From Balanoglossus misakiensis (taxonomy: Eukaryota > Animalia > Hemichordata), in the NCBI GenBank assembly GCA_040954595.2, contig CM082587.2, positions 7,925,705 through 7,989,704 on the forward strand: a DNA stretch of 64,000 nucleotides. The letters are read 5' to 3'. Of this stretch, positions 51,342-64,000 are shown one piece after another. The notes under the pieces were generated by a model. That model worked only from the letters and a program-made list of their open reading frames with translations. It had not been told where the DNA came from and did not search any database. The position numbers and the translations under genes are program-made. Within the stretch, counting starts at the first letter, position 1, and each line of letters opens with the position of its first letter.

Positions 51342-54300
51342 ATGAAGCACCTCGCTGTTCCTGTCGTATGCACAATGGACGAGACGAGTTTCAAGTTCAT
51401 CTTGAAAGTCACAGTGCTTTTGCTGTACCTGTTTGTAAGCCCAACAGGGAGCGGTGAGTTATATGCAACTTTTGCAGAATTATTGTGATTGCCATGCTTA
51501 TTATAGCACAATTATAGACCACTCTTCAGTGAACGTTTTCACAGATATAGGCCTAAACACGATGTGAACTACCATCGTTGAAAGTTAAATATATAGGCCT
51601 ATACTTCGGAGATATGCCACGGGGAGCCGGTAGTACCGGCCATAGACAGTATGATAGTACGGCAAGAACGGGACCTGGTCCTGGATATAGACTGCTTTGC
51701 TAGACCATTGCTGAGATAACACTTTCATAGGGCTGAGGCATTTTTTGTATACGCAATGCTGGTGAGTTTAAGAAATTACTGAACTCGAGAATCTTCATCT
51801 AACGCCAAATGTGTCCAGTCTGCTATGGACACGGAAAGTAGCAGGGTTTGTGTAAGGCGTGGAAATGACTAACCATATGCACCTGTCATCAAGACGTGTA
51901 CACACTTTTGTTATAATACGTACTGTACTGGAACTATTTTAATATGCTGACAGGTGCTTGGTTGTGTTGATTCAATACTGATACGCCTATCTCGACATCC
52001 GCATACCAGCAAGCGTTTCTGCAATCCTCGGGATACAGCACTGTACGAGGTCCTCTGGTATTTTTTATGGCAATGCATATGGTAGACCTTTGTGTGTAGT
52101 GAATTCATAGTTTGGGGATACAAACTTGAACAGTGTGAAATAACCTCAAAGTAGAGTGTGTAACATTCCTCTAAAGATTCGCTCATGATCATGATGATTT
52201 AGAATGTGAGGCAACCGTGATATGAGAGGCCGCTGTCCCATTCCGTCCCGGCGGAAAACCCTGTCTTCAGGTTGTTTAACTTCGCGGACAAATGCCAACA
52301 GCGGGAGCATATGTCATATACTTCAGTCCCCCCCCCCCGAAGAAAATCACAATGCTAAGCAACTAAATAGAGATAGGTAATAAATCATGAATACTCGAAC
52401 TAGATTTACCTTTGTACTGTCGTGATTCATGCGTCTGTCTACATTCAATTTGTCATTGAATGATCGTCACGTCGAGTAAACTTCGAACTCACGCTTTATT
52501 CTCACGCGATGGGTGAATATGGGAAATGTTTTTATTTTGCATTTTTTTTAATCTTTGGCCGCCGTTGTGTAGAAGAATGACGTCATAATTCTTGCTTGAT
52601 TCTCGCAATTTTCATAAATGTTGTATATTTGACATCGTTATTTTTACTTCCAGGTTTACGAAGATCTAAAAAGTTTAGGGTCGGTGGGTTAAAATTAGGT
52701 TAGGTCGGGTAATCGGAACAGCACATATTTTTTTATTTGGTCTTTTTGAAGCGACACAATTTTCGTTTTTTTGCTGCATCAACAGTTACACCGCTCCCGA
52801 TGCCGTCATTTACCAGTGGATGGTTACCAGTCCAGTCCCAAGCCGGTGACAACTCATTTATGTCCATACCGCACTACTTAAACGAATTGCCAATCTTTGT
52901 TCAGGTAACATTGATATAGTAATGTAACACACTATGTTGCTTTCTGGAAAATGATAATTGACAGATTTATTGAGGTTTTTTTGTCAATTCTCATCGACAA
53001 GAATATTTGCCCTGAGAAATACTACTGAGCCAACACTAATAAGCTTGCGAGAGTGACCATGGTCAGCTGGTGTGTGAACGTGTGATTCGTAATCTGGACG
53101 TCGCGACTTTTCGCACTTTTTCACTTTTTCCAAATCTGAGTATATTCAGATCCCGTGTGGTTTTACTGGTATTCTTAGTGTTTGCGGCAGTAGATGCACA
53201 CTGAACAGAGTTAAACACAGTATAATATATTAGCATGATCTGAATTTGGTGTATTTTCAGGTACTTACGCGAGCCGTTGATGGGCCAAATGTCGGTTTAA
53301 TATTTCATGGCACAGGGTCCGCGCAGGTTGATGAAGATCTCGACGAGGACTATGGGGGCGTAGTTTACAGTTACAACAAAGATAACGTACGACTATGGCT
53401 ACCAACTCAAAGAAACCAATTTGCCCGTGGTTGCGCTATTAACACAGGTATAAATGTGAGTTCCGAAGACTAGGGTTCGGATCAAAATCTAACTTACTAT
53501 GTGCCACCGACTACAGTTAGTCTAAACCATTGTGAGCAATTAAAGGTGTGGCCTTTTACCTGATTTCATTTTAACAATGTAGGTGGTCCGCTGTGGGGCA
53601 CGCCTCATTACCAATGCAGTAACAGTGCCGAGGTCAAAGTTGACGCCTGGCTGAGTGACAATTTCCCTGCACCAGATTACACCTCTGATTGGTTTCCATT
53701 CAGTGCACGTGATGGCTACAACTCGTTCAAAGAAATCGACCACGCTCTCCAAAAGCAGCCGTCGCTGGTACGAGTTCAGTATCAAGACCAGAATCCAGCA
53801 GCGGATTTTGACGGATACACGTATGATGGTTACGGTGAGATACACATTTCATGACATTATCTAGTTAAAGGGACAAAGTCTCTCTCTCGATGCCCTTTTT
53901 CCCATTAATTATATTTGATACAAGACAGCGTTTGTTATTCTACATGTGGATATATAGTGAATGAACGTTCAACCACACACAACTTCCATCCCTCTTATAG
54001 ACAGAAGAGTGAAAAAACTCGCCAAAATGAATAATCGTTCTTTACCATTTATTCACTTTGGGCGAGTTTTTACTCTCATATCATACAAGTGGGATGGAAG
54101 TTTTGTGTGGTTGATCATTGATTCACTATTTATCCACATGTACATTAACATAAACAGTGTCTTGTATCAAACATAATTAACAGAAAAAGGGCAGCGAGAG
54201 AGAGACTTTGTCCCTTTAAACATTCTACCACATAGGCCTACATGTAATCATGGCAATTAAAGGTGTGGGATTGTCTCCGTAATTTTGGTTTCAGCCATTA

Positions 54301-55338
54301 CATACAGCCTTTTCCTAAGTCTAGCACCCTCATGCAACTATTATGAAATTATTTCCGGTCGATATTTCCCACTTTCTTGACTGTCCAAACTGTACTTTGT
54401 CGGGTAAAATATAGAATGAGCCCGATTCTTTGTTCAACATCTTTCTGCTTCTGAGGGGGGGGGGGGGGTGTCAAACATTAATTATTAAATATTACATTGG
54501 CACATTGCTGCAGGTGTGAGAAAATTGCCTAATGTTATACATGTACAAATATAGTTACAGTACTTTGAGATTTACATTGTAATACAATGGATGTTTCCGC
54601 GTATGGTTTATAGAGATTTCAGTATCAGAAGGTGTGGATGTAAATATAGAAACATATGACGTCAGATGTAGACCTAAAAGTGTATGCTTACTTTTTTTCA
54701 TTTGCTCGACATTATAGGTGCCGCGCAATCCGGCGACGATATCAATTGGAGACACCATGGTGGAATTGTGTATTCATTCGATGAATCTTCTGTGCGAATG
54801 TGGGCACCATCGATAAATGATCAGACTTCGGTTGATGACTACGTCGGTTAGTAAATGTCACATATAGGTATAAGTTTTTTTCCGCATGCTTGTATCTTCA
54901 CCGGATTTTAGTTTTATTTATGGTGTAGAAAATTAAAGGGTATCTGTGAGCGAAGCAGCTTTCTTTGTGGGTTTTTTTTTCACGTAAAATCTGAAAATAT
55001 TTTACTACCATACATTTTTACCTTGCATGTAGTGTGCTTCACTGAATAATATACATTTTTCCAACAGGCTCTCTTTTTGTATGTAATGATGGTTGGGGTA
55101 ATGAAATATACGCTAACACATTCAATGATGGCATGGTTAAGGTCTTTGTGTGGACTGACAGCTTCCCGACGCCCTATGAAATTAGCGGCGAGATGGGAAA
55201 TGGAAACGGTGTAGAAAATTATTGGGAGATACCGGTACCTGTGGGTATGACACCGGAATTTGTGTTTGTTGAGGTAAAGCCTGCTTGCCTGTCAGTCTAA
55301 CAATGTATGGATGTATTTATTTATGTATGTGCGTGTGC

Positions 55339-55407
<69 letters not shown>

Positions 55408-56033
55408 TTTGTGTCCCTGTCCGTCCGTCCGTCTGTCTGTCTAGCTATCTTGTTATCTGAGTGGCGGTGAACCTCCCCTCGCCATTGGATCGCCAAATAT
55501 ATCGGCTATATTGATCAAACCAATAGAATCACATTTCTTCACTGCATTATGGCAACCAACGTTAACAACACGTTTTTCAACGTCGACAAAATAAGTGAAC
55601 GTAAATGACTTTGTCACAAGATTGTGGAAGTTGCTGTAATTTTCCTTTCGCAACATCCCCAAATTAGCATATTCTTATTACAGGTGAAAGCAAAAGACGG
55701 ACCCAATACAGGTTTTACATTTTATGGAATGGGAGTGCAACAAAGTCGCCTTAACGCAAACTACGGCGGTCTCATCTACGGCTACAATGCCAGCCATATA
55801 CGCATGTGGTCACCTGACGAATCTTATGGCGGTATAGTGAATGTCATCGACGGATGGGGAGGAGAGACCTACGCCCAAACTTCCCAAACTGCTGACGTCA
55901 CTGTCAAGATGTGGCAAACTGAAGCAACTGGTCAGTATGAGTGTTACTTAGATTCGTGATGACGTAAAATGTATCGAAATATGTTTTTGGGGTGTTTATC
56001 AAATTTGAGTGGAAACGTGCCGATTACTTCCCT

Positions 56034-56066
<33 letters not shown>

Positions 56067-59000
56067 AATTGTCTATGTTATTTAGACCCATGCCATGAAA
56101 GCAACTACATAGAAGTAGACAACCGATACAGAAGCTCAACGTTCAGCTCGAGTCACTTCTCTGACGTGTCTCGGCTAATATGTGACAACGACACGAGGGT
56201 AGCCTGGTATCGATTTACAAGTGAAGCTGGGGGTGAAATACCGACATCTTGTGTTGCTGAAGGAATGTGTGGAACTCAGTACCCAGTGTGGATTAACGGA
56301 GCAATTCCCGAGGGTGATGGCATCAGTGCTGTAACAGCATGCGTCAACAAGGGTAGGATTTTTAAAGGGACAAAGTCTCTCTCTCGCTGCCATTTTCCCA
56401 TAAATTATGTTTGATACAAGACACCGTTTATGTTATTCTACAACCACACACACCTTCCATCCCACTTGTACACACAGGAGTGAAAATCTCGCCAAAATGA
56501 ATAATCGGTGTTTACCATTTATTCATTTTTACTCTCATATCCTACAAACGGGATGGAAGTTGTGTGTGGTTGAACGTTGATTCACTATATATTCACATGT
56601 AGAATAAATAACAAACCGTGTCTTGTATCAAACATAATTAATGGAACACTGAAGCGATAGAGAGACTTTGTCCCTTTAAAGGATTGTGTATACGTTTTAT
56701 GTGTCGAGGATGTACATACTGAACCAACCTAATTTAGGGACCATGCACTGCATTTATATTTAGTGCATAATTGCACCACAGTCGCTGGTAAATTGCTCAA
56801 GTGAAGTGTCAATACTTCATAATCTTAATCACTGAAAACGTGTTATATCTCTCGTTTTTATTCATTTATTAGGTGCATGCTGTGATGACACTGTCTATAT
56901 CAAAGTCAAAAGGTGTTCAGACTACATAGTGTATGAATTGAAACCATTTTTAACATGTCCAACGGCGTACTGTGCAGGTATTCCTTCTAAAAGGATATTT
57001 ACTTTTCAAATATTTTCATGTATCAAGTTAGTGTTTGCCTCGGGGACAGATTTTTAGAAAAGATTATAGTCCCCTTAACCTTCCAACTTGTTCCTATATG
57101 ATAGAGTTTGGGGAGTCCTTTTTGAGAACAACAAAGAAAACAGTGTGTTTTTCGTCTTTTTCGACATGCAAAATCGCTACTGTACATTTTCTCTATACAC
57201 TTAACACTAGCCTAGTCCTAGCCGTATTTTGTCCGCTGTGCTTCCAAAACTAGTTACGGCTAGGACAAGGCAATTTTGAATTTTCGACAGTGTTATTCTC
57301 TCATTCAAAATGTGTATGGGAAGTAAACCACCACACGATTAAAGCCCTCTAATTCCATTTTTCTTAACAGGAGATAGGGAGCCTTGCCCACCGGGTCAGC
57401 GTTCTCCAACAGGGGACTTCCAACCTGACTGCACAGGTATAAAGCGCTTCATTTTCAATGATCATTTTCCCGTTTATGTCCGGTCAGCTGGTTTCTCTTG
57501 AAACATGTATGGCGTTTTATTTCACAACTAAATTCTCGCTGATTATGTGAAACACAAACCGTTTTCTTTCAGATGCGTTCCCCCAGTTGAAATCACCTCC
57601 TCTGCTGGAACACAAGTTTGATGACAATATTGCCTACTTTGAATGCAATTTTGAATTCCCCATGTGGCAGAACACGTCGTATTTAGTAGACTGGTATCTC
57701 GATGAGAATCGTGTAAACTACAAATACCTCGGTTATAAAGAGAGAAGCGACAACCTGATGGAAAATGAATATAAACTCGGATCAACCGTAAGTAAATTGC
57801 ACCAACTGACAAGGAACTGTGTCGTCATCATATTGTTGTAAATTAAAGGCCTACAAGCTGCAACTTGATAAAAATTAAGCTTTAAATAATCTTGGATATA
57901 CTTTTTATTATGACTATTAAAAACGTAAATGATTTTGCATGATAGTTAATCAAGATCAACACATATTTATGACAAAATGGCCAAAAAATAAATATCAGTA
58001 CAGTCGCAACTTTTTCAGTGTTTTTTGGATTCTCCCGCGGTGGCGGCCATATTCCTTTGCGGCAAAGCTTTATTATTTATCTGGATAAAACTTGTATATA
58101 TGCACTCATACTTAGAGTTTATAATTCTTGTATCTAGATCATGTGCATGCATCTGTATAAACTAATGACAGTACAGTTTGGGGTTTTTTTAGCTGCTGTA
58201 AACCATGACTGCACGGTTAAGAACAAATTGTACCATACTACATTGCATGTACGTGCGAGGGAAAACTAAGCTTTCTTGTTCATTGTATTACTGGGACAGG
58301 TAACTTGTGAAGTGTCTGCTAAATACATGGGTACCGAAATATATGGTTACCCCCTTCAAAGTAACGCTATCTTCGTAGGAGTACAGGTAATTACGTTATT
58401 CATTGTTCTGGTTTGGTATTTTCTGCGGCTCCGTAACAAAGTGCATAGAAAACGTCGAAATCTTTCTGGCACTAGAAAATGCCACCTTTGATATAATTTA
58501 TTTTTCTATCGACATTAAATCATTTTAATTGGTTTACAGAAACATTTTCGGCAATTTTGTCTTCATTGCATTCTGAGTAGCGTCGCCTCTGGTGTACCAC
58601 ATAATGAAATTTATCATCGCCTGTTCGGATATTCTAGCAACATCCGGGAATTTTCGACCACTGTGCCCCGGCACCGTGCTTACGTTGTAATATATGTATA
58701 TCCCTTCTCGGTCCAAATGTGACCGTGGTGCATTAAGATTTCAGTTCATTTTCAAGGTTTTGGAGTAATGAAATTTGTATACAATGATAGAACAGGCAGG
58801 TTGATCTCTCAAGAGGCAATACAATAAACTAATACAGTTTGCGCGGCAGGAATAACCGCTTGTCAATTTTTGTAGGTATTGCCGAATGATGTCACTGTTT
58901 CGGAAAATGAGCTACCCTCCAATGTATCGATTACAACGACCGTTGCAATGCGGTGTTCCTTTTATTTGAGGGCAAGAGAAAGTAAGAAACTCGCTTATTT

Positions 59001-62000
59001 TGACGTTGCGGGTGTTTCATTGCGTGATGTAAGAATTCCCTGTCAAACTCTCGCAATCCTTTTGATTTTAAAGTTTGTCATTTTACTTTTCAGATACACA
59101 TAATTTAATCTGAAATAAAAAAAAACTACATGTACATGTAACAAATATATACATTCCAGTTCCCTTTGTGAATATCTTTTCCCCTCCATTTCAGATTACT
59201 ACGGTTTATCACGACCCGATGTTGCTTTTGACAAATGTCAAGTTGATTACGGCTACCAAGATGGTGCCAACATCGTTTCGCTTTACGCCGTAAGCGATTG
59301 TCAGTCAGAGACCTTTTATGTCAACGTTGTAGATATTATCCCGACTGGAGATTGTTCCTTGTCCGTAATGGATGGTTATGCTCAGTCTTTTGATGTAAGT
59401 TTTTTTTTTCTGGAGTTTATTGCTTCCGTTGTGTTGACTGTCGAATCAATCCAAGCCAGGGATGATTCTTTTCTAAACTTTGCAAAAAATCCATTTACAC
59501 TTATTACTCATTTATATGTGAATGGAATTTTAAGCAATTGTCATAAAGTAGAAGTAGAAGACTGGTGCATTAGCTTGTTATAATCGCTTTCATTCTTAAA
59601 TTTGTTTGTAGGTGAACACAGAAGAGCTCGACTGTGGCAACTGTTGTGGGACTGGGGATCCGCACTACACGACATTTGATGCTAGGTACATTGATGCATT
59701 TAAGTTCATCCTCATCAAATTCGACAGTATGGCTTAACCCCAGTAACAATTATGGCGCCAGTGTAAACACTGCCCATATGAAATTTTACTTTTCGTAGTG
59801 TTCGTTGACAAAACTAACCAAAACATTCGAAGATGTGTTCGATATAGGGCTGTCAAAATATGTATATCATGCGCATTTGTTGAGTGCTCGCGAGTGCTTT
59901 GTATGAAAATACCAGCAATTTCATTCTAAACTCGAGGTTTCTCTAGAGTCATGTAGCAGAGGTCACGCCGAGCCACGTTTCCATCTAAACCTGGTAAAAA
60001 GTATGCCACGTGTGCAAATTTAGTATACACAGTAAATTCCCGTTCTGTCAATCATTGCTTTAAATGATAAAATATGCTAGCCTTTCAAACGAGTAAAATG
60101 TTATGCCATTTTTTCTGTAGTCTCTATGACTGGTATGGGCTCGGGGAATTTGTTCTTCATCAGAGTTTATCTCGACAATTTGAGGTAGGTAATTTTACTT
60201 AGTTTGTATATCTTTAGTTTCTATATTATGAGGCAAGAATGAATAAACGTCTATATTGCGAATATCCATCAACATATCTATTGTCACAAGATGAGGCCCT
60301 GTTTATGATCATACACATTTTCACGTTGAAAACAATTGCTTACACCACGTTTACGTTACAAACGCGCAGCCGATTGCCTTTGAAAACTGCAAACTTGGGA
60401 TTTGCTTTTGTATATCACGTTCATACGATATTTTCTTAGAGAAGTCGTTGGCAATCAACGTGCAATCTTTCCACTAAACTCTTGACTTCACATTCTCGTG
60501 GCTATCCCCCACTCGTCTACACTTTCGCAGGAATCTGCTGGCTCCAACGTCTTTTAGAGCACAAAATCGGTCTCGATGACGTACATGCAATATAAAAATC
60601 ACCTTCTCAGTGAACAAAGGGCGTAGTCCTAATGGACACCATGCAGAAAATCTCCATATACGTTGAAAATGCGAGGGACCAATATGTCAGTTAATGCTTC
60701 CTACATCAAATGATTTAAATTTATTATATGCCAACATTAATTCAACGTTTGTTGATGCAAGGCTTATATTTCCACAATCTGTTATTTTATTAATTTCAAT
60801 AGGTTCATGTTAGGACCTGGCCATGTAATGCTGTGACGTGTCACTGCGCCATCGCTGTACGTGAGAATAACGACGTCATAAGTGTCGATATCTGTCACGG
60901 GACCTACGGCAGAGCTGCCCCAAGGATAACCAAGTTGAGTAACGGCAAGTTGGCCAGTGGCGTGAGGGTAAAGAAAGACAAAACGGGAAAAGAATTCGTG
61001 GTAATTATGTAGCTATTAAATTAAGGTCTTTATTACATGCCTCGATGTACGTGCGAAATCAATGTGCATTGATTCGAATAGCCAACATCCGGGAATGTAG
61101 CCTGCCGGTGAACGTTATCTTGGCCGGTTGCTAAGGCTATACAAGTCCGATGACACCAGCTGAATAACAACTGCCGGAACTTTTCCCAAAAAACATGCTC
61201 TGCTAAAATGTTTTTGAATATATAAACAGTGGTTTAAACGATGACCATGCATGACAGGCGATCATTTGCATCCTGCGTCGGGCAAATGGCTCCTGGCACT
61301 CGGGTCCATACACCAATGCATGTATTCGGGAAATAACCTCATAATACTCACGAAGCCGACAGTTCTAAGTGGCATTTTGTGTGCGCTGATGCCATTCCAA
61401 CTCTCATATAACCAGAATCTTACGTCCAATTTGAAAGTGGAGGATTTATCATTCAGAATAAATTGCATAGCTTGAAAGACAACGTCACAGCATGGTCACA
61501 GACTCACTGTCGTCCGCTTGCACGCCTATTCGAACTTCTTCATCAAGAGACATTTGTCGATGTTCCTGTGGGTTTCACATACTGATGCGTTCTTTCAGAT
61601 TGGCATGCCGTCCATGAGTTCGGTCCGCGTTGTAACGACTAGCGCTTATATAAATGTGTATCTTGATGTACCTGGCGCCGATTTTGATCTCTCGAACGGT
61701 TTGTGTGGAACATTCGACCACAATAAGACCAACGATTACAGAAAAAGCGATGGTACAACTCTAGCGTACACCGGACGACGACCAGACGAATTCAGTGAAA
61801 GTTGGAGGTATAAATGATATTATCACTTTACACATTGTTCCCTTGGTACAGCAGAGTTGAATCGCTGCTATGGAAATTGACGTGGTTAGGCCTACTGCCT
61901 TGTTGGGAACGAACTGAGAATGTTTAGGGGGTCAATATATTGTGAGAGTTATGCAGTCTTTCTTCCAGGCAGGTAGCATGACAGGTGTGCTGCTGACCTC

Positions 62001-63736
62001 TTGGAATCCCAAATACTTATACTGAGGGTCAGTGTCAACATTCCCACATGTATAACCTAAAAGTCGTTCCATTGTGAACTATATTATCTTTTGGAGGAAG
62101 GGAGTAGCTTAAATACCCCAATTGGTTCGTTAATTTCTTAGTGTGCTCGTGCTTCGTCAAAAAAACCCACCATCGTAAAATGATCAATGTCAATGTCATT
62201 TTCCCAATGCGCAGTATGAGATACATGTAGCTTTATTTTCAGGATTCCTTCTGGAGAAAGTTTATTTGACAAACAGCCAGACAACTTAAGTATACTAGAA
62301 AAGGATACAGTGTACTGCGACTGCAGGGGATCAGAATTCAATTGCTATGAAAATATGCAAGAAATCCTTGATTACTCTGATTATGAAGCAGGTTGGACTG
62401 ATATTACAGACGAAATTGATGCGCAAACTGTCACTGGCAAGTAAGTGGGCTCCAAACTTTTCCCAAGTAGAGTTTTTTTCCGGAAATGATACTCAAATGG
62501 TACATGTTGTCATTTGTATGATTCAACAATATAAAACGCGTCTTTTCAAGCAAAACACGAACCCTTGCACTATCAATGTCAAAGTACAATATCAATTTTG
62601 AATGGTGTTGTCTCCCCGCTTGAGGATTCTAGTCTTATTACATTGCCATCTCAAAGCTTCGCAGTTAATTTTAACTATAATAATTTTAACGTGAGTTTTG
62701 CAATGTAACCCTTGACCTCGTCTTTCCAGACGACCAAGAAGGCAAGTTCAATTGCACAGAAAAGTTCGTCAGTACAGTGCCACGGACAATCATGATTTCA
62801 CACCGGCAACACTGACGTGGCCAACACCTAGTGGTAGAACCGAGCAACAGGCACGTGACATGTGTGAATCGGCAGTTCTCAACTCAACTGCTGCCGAAGC
62901 GTGCGCAGAAGTTCCGGGCGTTGATCTGTTTCTTGGCGTCGAAAGCTGTGTTGAAGACATCGGGGTAATGTATTATGCAAACTATAAATGGGGTTTTTAT
63001 TCATTATTTGGAAGAAAAGAAAAGACTTCATAAATAGGTAACGTGAGCATTTAGGTATAACTTTCACAATTTGACAATGTTTAGATTAAGGCTAAAGTAG
63101 CCGAAAACAATTTACCTCATATAGTATAATGAAATGCGTGATCGATGGGGTGTCAAATCCATAAAAATGAACTCTGGTCTTGTATATAACATTATACATA
63201 CCCTGACACCCCACAGGTATCGGACAGTCTTATGTTTTTAGATGATGCAGTATCTTTAATGGAAAACCAATGTGTTGATCTGGCAATGAAAAACCTTTCC
63301 CTATACACAACAGGTAAACTCATTTTATTTTGTGTTACTGTTATCATCGGTGGTCGCGTACGGGCCTTGTGGGTTTTCCCACAACCGGGCCACCTCTTGA
63401 CTGAAAACGTTTAATGGCTACTTGATGTGGTTTTGTGGAGTAGTTATGTAGTTCAAGGTTTGTTGAAGTGATAGTTGGGCTTGTGACCCCAAACGAGCGA
63501 CAATCAAGCCCGTGACTCCAATAAATGCATATTCAAGTGGTCGTCATCCACATTTGGCCGTAAACAGAATAATGTCCCACGTTTATTCAAACGAATCTTA
63601 CAAGTGTTACTTTCTCGTAACCCAGATGCAAATGGTACGGTTATCGGCCCACCGTCGTTTGTATACGAGGTGATCTGTCCATCACAGTGCAGTGGCCAGG
63701 GTCTGTGCGTCAACGGAACGTGTGAATGTTATCAAG
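51342..63736 (+). CDS. von Willebrand factor D and EGF domain-containing (VWDE-like) secreted protein, 5' part (22 exons, ~1161 codons), continuing beyond the window
   Basis: Frame-consistent exons: 51342-51453, 52786-52904, 53261-53447, 53583-53834, 54718-54846, 55068-55273, 55684-55930, 56086-56352, 56873-56977, 57371-57436, 57573-57787, 58300-58386, 58876-58981, 59195-59394, 59612-59685, 60121-60184, 60803-61000, 61599-61807, 62243-62440, 62730-62964, 63217-63313, 63626-63736. Diagnostic segments: a signal peptide, WYRF..GGEIPTSC..CGTQYPVW, YCAG, GDPHYTTFD, GLCGTFD, FSESWR, WPTPSGRTE and CPSQCSGQGLCVNGTCEC. Confidence 0.88.
52525..52740. repeat. Interspersed repeat, copy 2
   Basis: Homologous to 20285-20490 in the same orientation. 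Confidence 0.75.
52786..55930 (+). CDS. Three tandem ~120-130-aa N-terminal repeats of the VWDE-like protein (no family assigned)
   Basis: The motif VxV...DGPNxG..F.G.G..Q....(Y/H)GG..Y.(Y/F)....(V/I)R(L/M)WxP....(D)GWG....VxVxxW occurs three times. Confidence 0.8.
53865..54219. mobile_element. Palindromic TTAA MITE, family B copy 2
   Basis: Same termini and arms as 19882-20242. Confidence 0.9.
55341..55400. repeat. (GT)n microsatellite
   Basis: About 30 perfect GT units. Confidence 0.95.
56086..56977 (+). CDS. UMOD/GP2/OIT3-like cysteine-rich (D8C-type) domain exons
   Basis: DPC...CD...WYRF...GGEIPTSC....CGTQYPVWING...AC...CC.....VKRC..Y.VYEL.P...C..AYCA. Confidence 0.85.
56362..56679. 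mobile_element. Palindromic TTAA MITE, family B copy 3
   Basis: Same termini and arms; it starts ~10 nt into the intron after exon 56086-56352. Confidence 0.9.
59612..61807 (+). CDS. VWD domain exons
   Basis: CCGTGDPHYTTFD, GEFVL, VTCHCAIAVRE, NGLCGTFDHNKTND and DEFSESWR. Confidence 0.9.
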
Positions 63737-64000
63737 GTACGTCTTCACTAAGTATCTAGTGATAATCTAGCTGTGTTTCTTCACCCATTTTATGATAAAT
63801 TGCATTGTCAATTCTGGCTACCTTAAAGAGGTTTTCACTTCGTGCTGGGGAGGGGTGATCAAATCACATTATAATTGCATTCTGGGTAAAAGGTCGACAA
63901 GTCACTGCGGTAAGAGTTTAAAAAATGATATGTTAACTGTATTTCACGACTTCCTTTGGTCAAAAGTTTGTCTTCGTAGTCAGCATATTTACCTCATTGA

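Overview
This is AT-rich, intron-rich animal genomic DNA. The gene content and repeat style suggest an invertebrate deuterostome such as a hemichordate or echinoderm (inference). No prokaryotic features, rRNA, tRNA or CRISPR arrays were seen. Four protein genes were reconstructed by hand from splice signals and reading-frame continuity. (1) The last coding exon of an adenosine deaminase-like gene (+, 1333-1416). (2) A class A GPCR with an intronless CDS (-, 3774-4778) and a probable non-coding first exon and TATA/CCAAT promoter near 9.0-9.35 kb. (3) A 30-coding-exon, ~1767-aa type I receptor (-, 47482 to 16240): signal peptide, 8 Ig, mucin-like spacer, 5 FN3, stalk, TM and a Tyr-motif tail ending in a PDZ ligand. 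It has one GC-AG intron and a candidate 7-nt microexon. (4) A head-to-head VWDE-like secreted protein (+, 51342 to beyond the window end) with three unassigned ~120-130-aa N-terminal repeats, a UMOD/GP2/OIT3-like Cys-rich domain, a VWD domain with GDPH, and an EGF repeat. Introns and intergenic DNA carry many non-autonomous DNA transposons (MITEs with TTAA, TA and TAA target sites) and microsatellites. All exon models come from manual reading and need RNA-seq confirmation.
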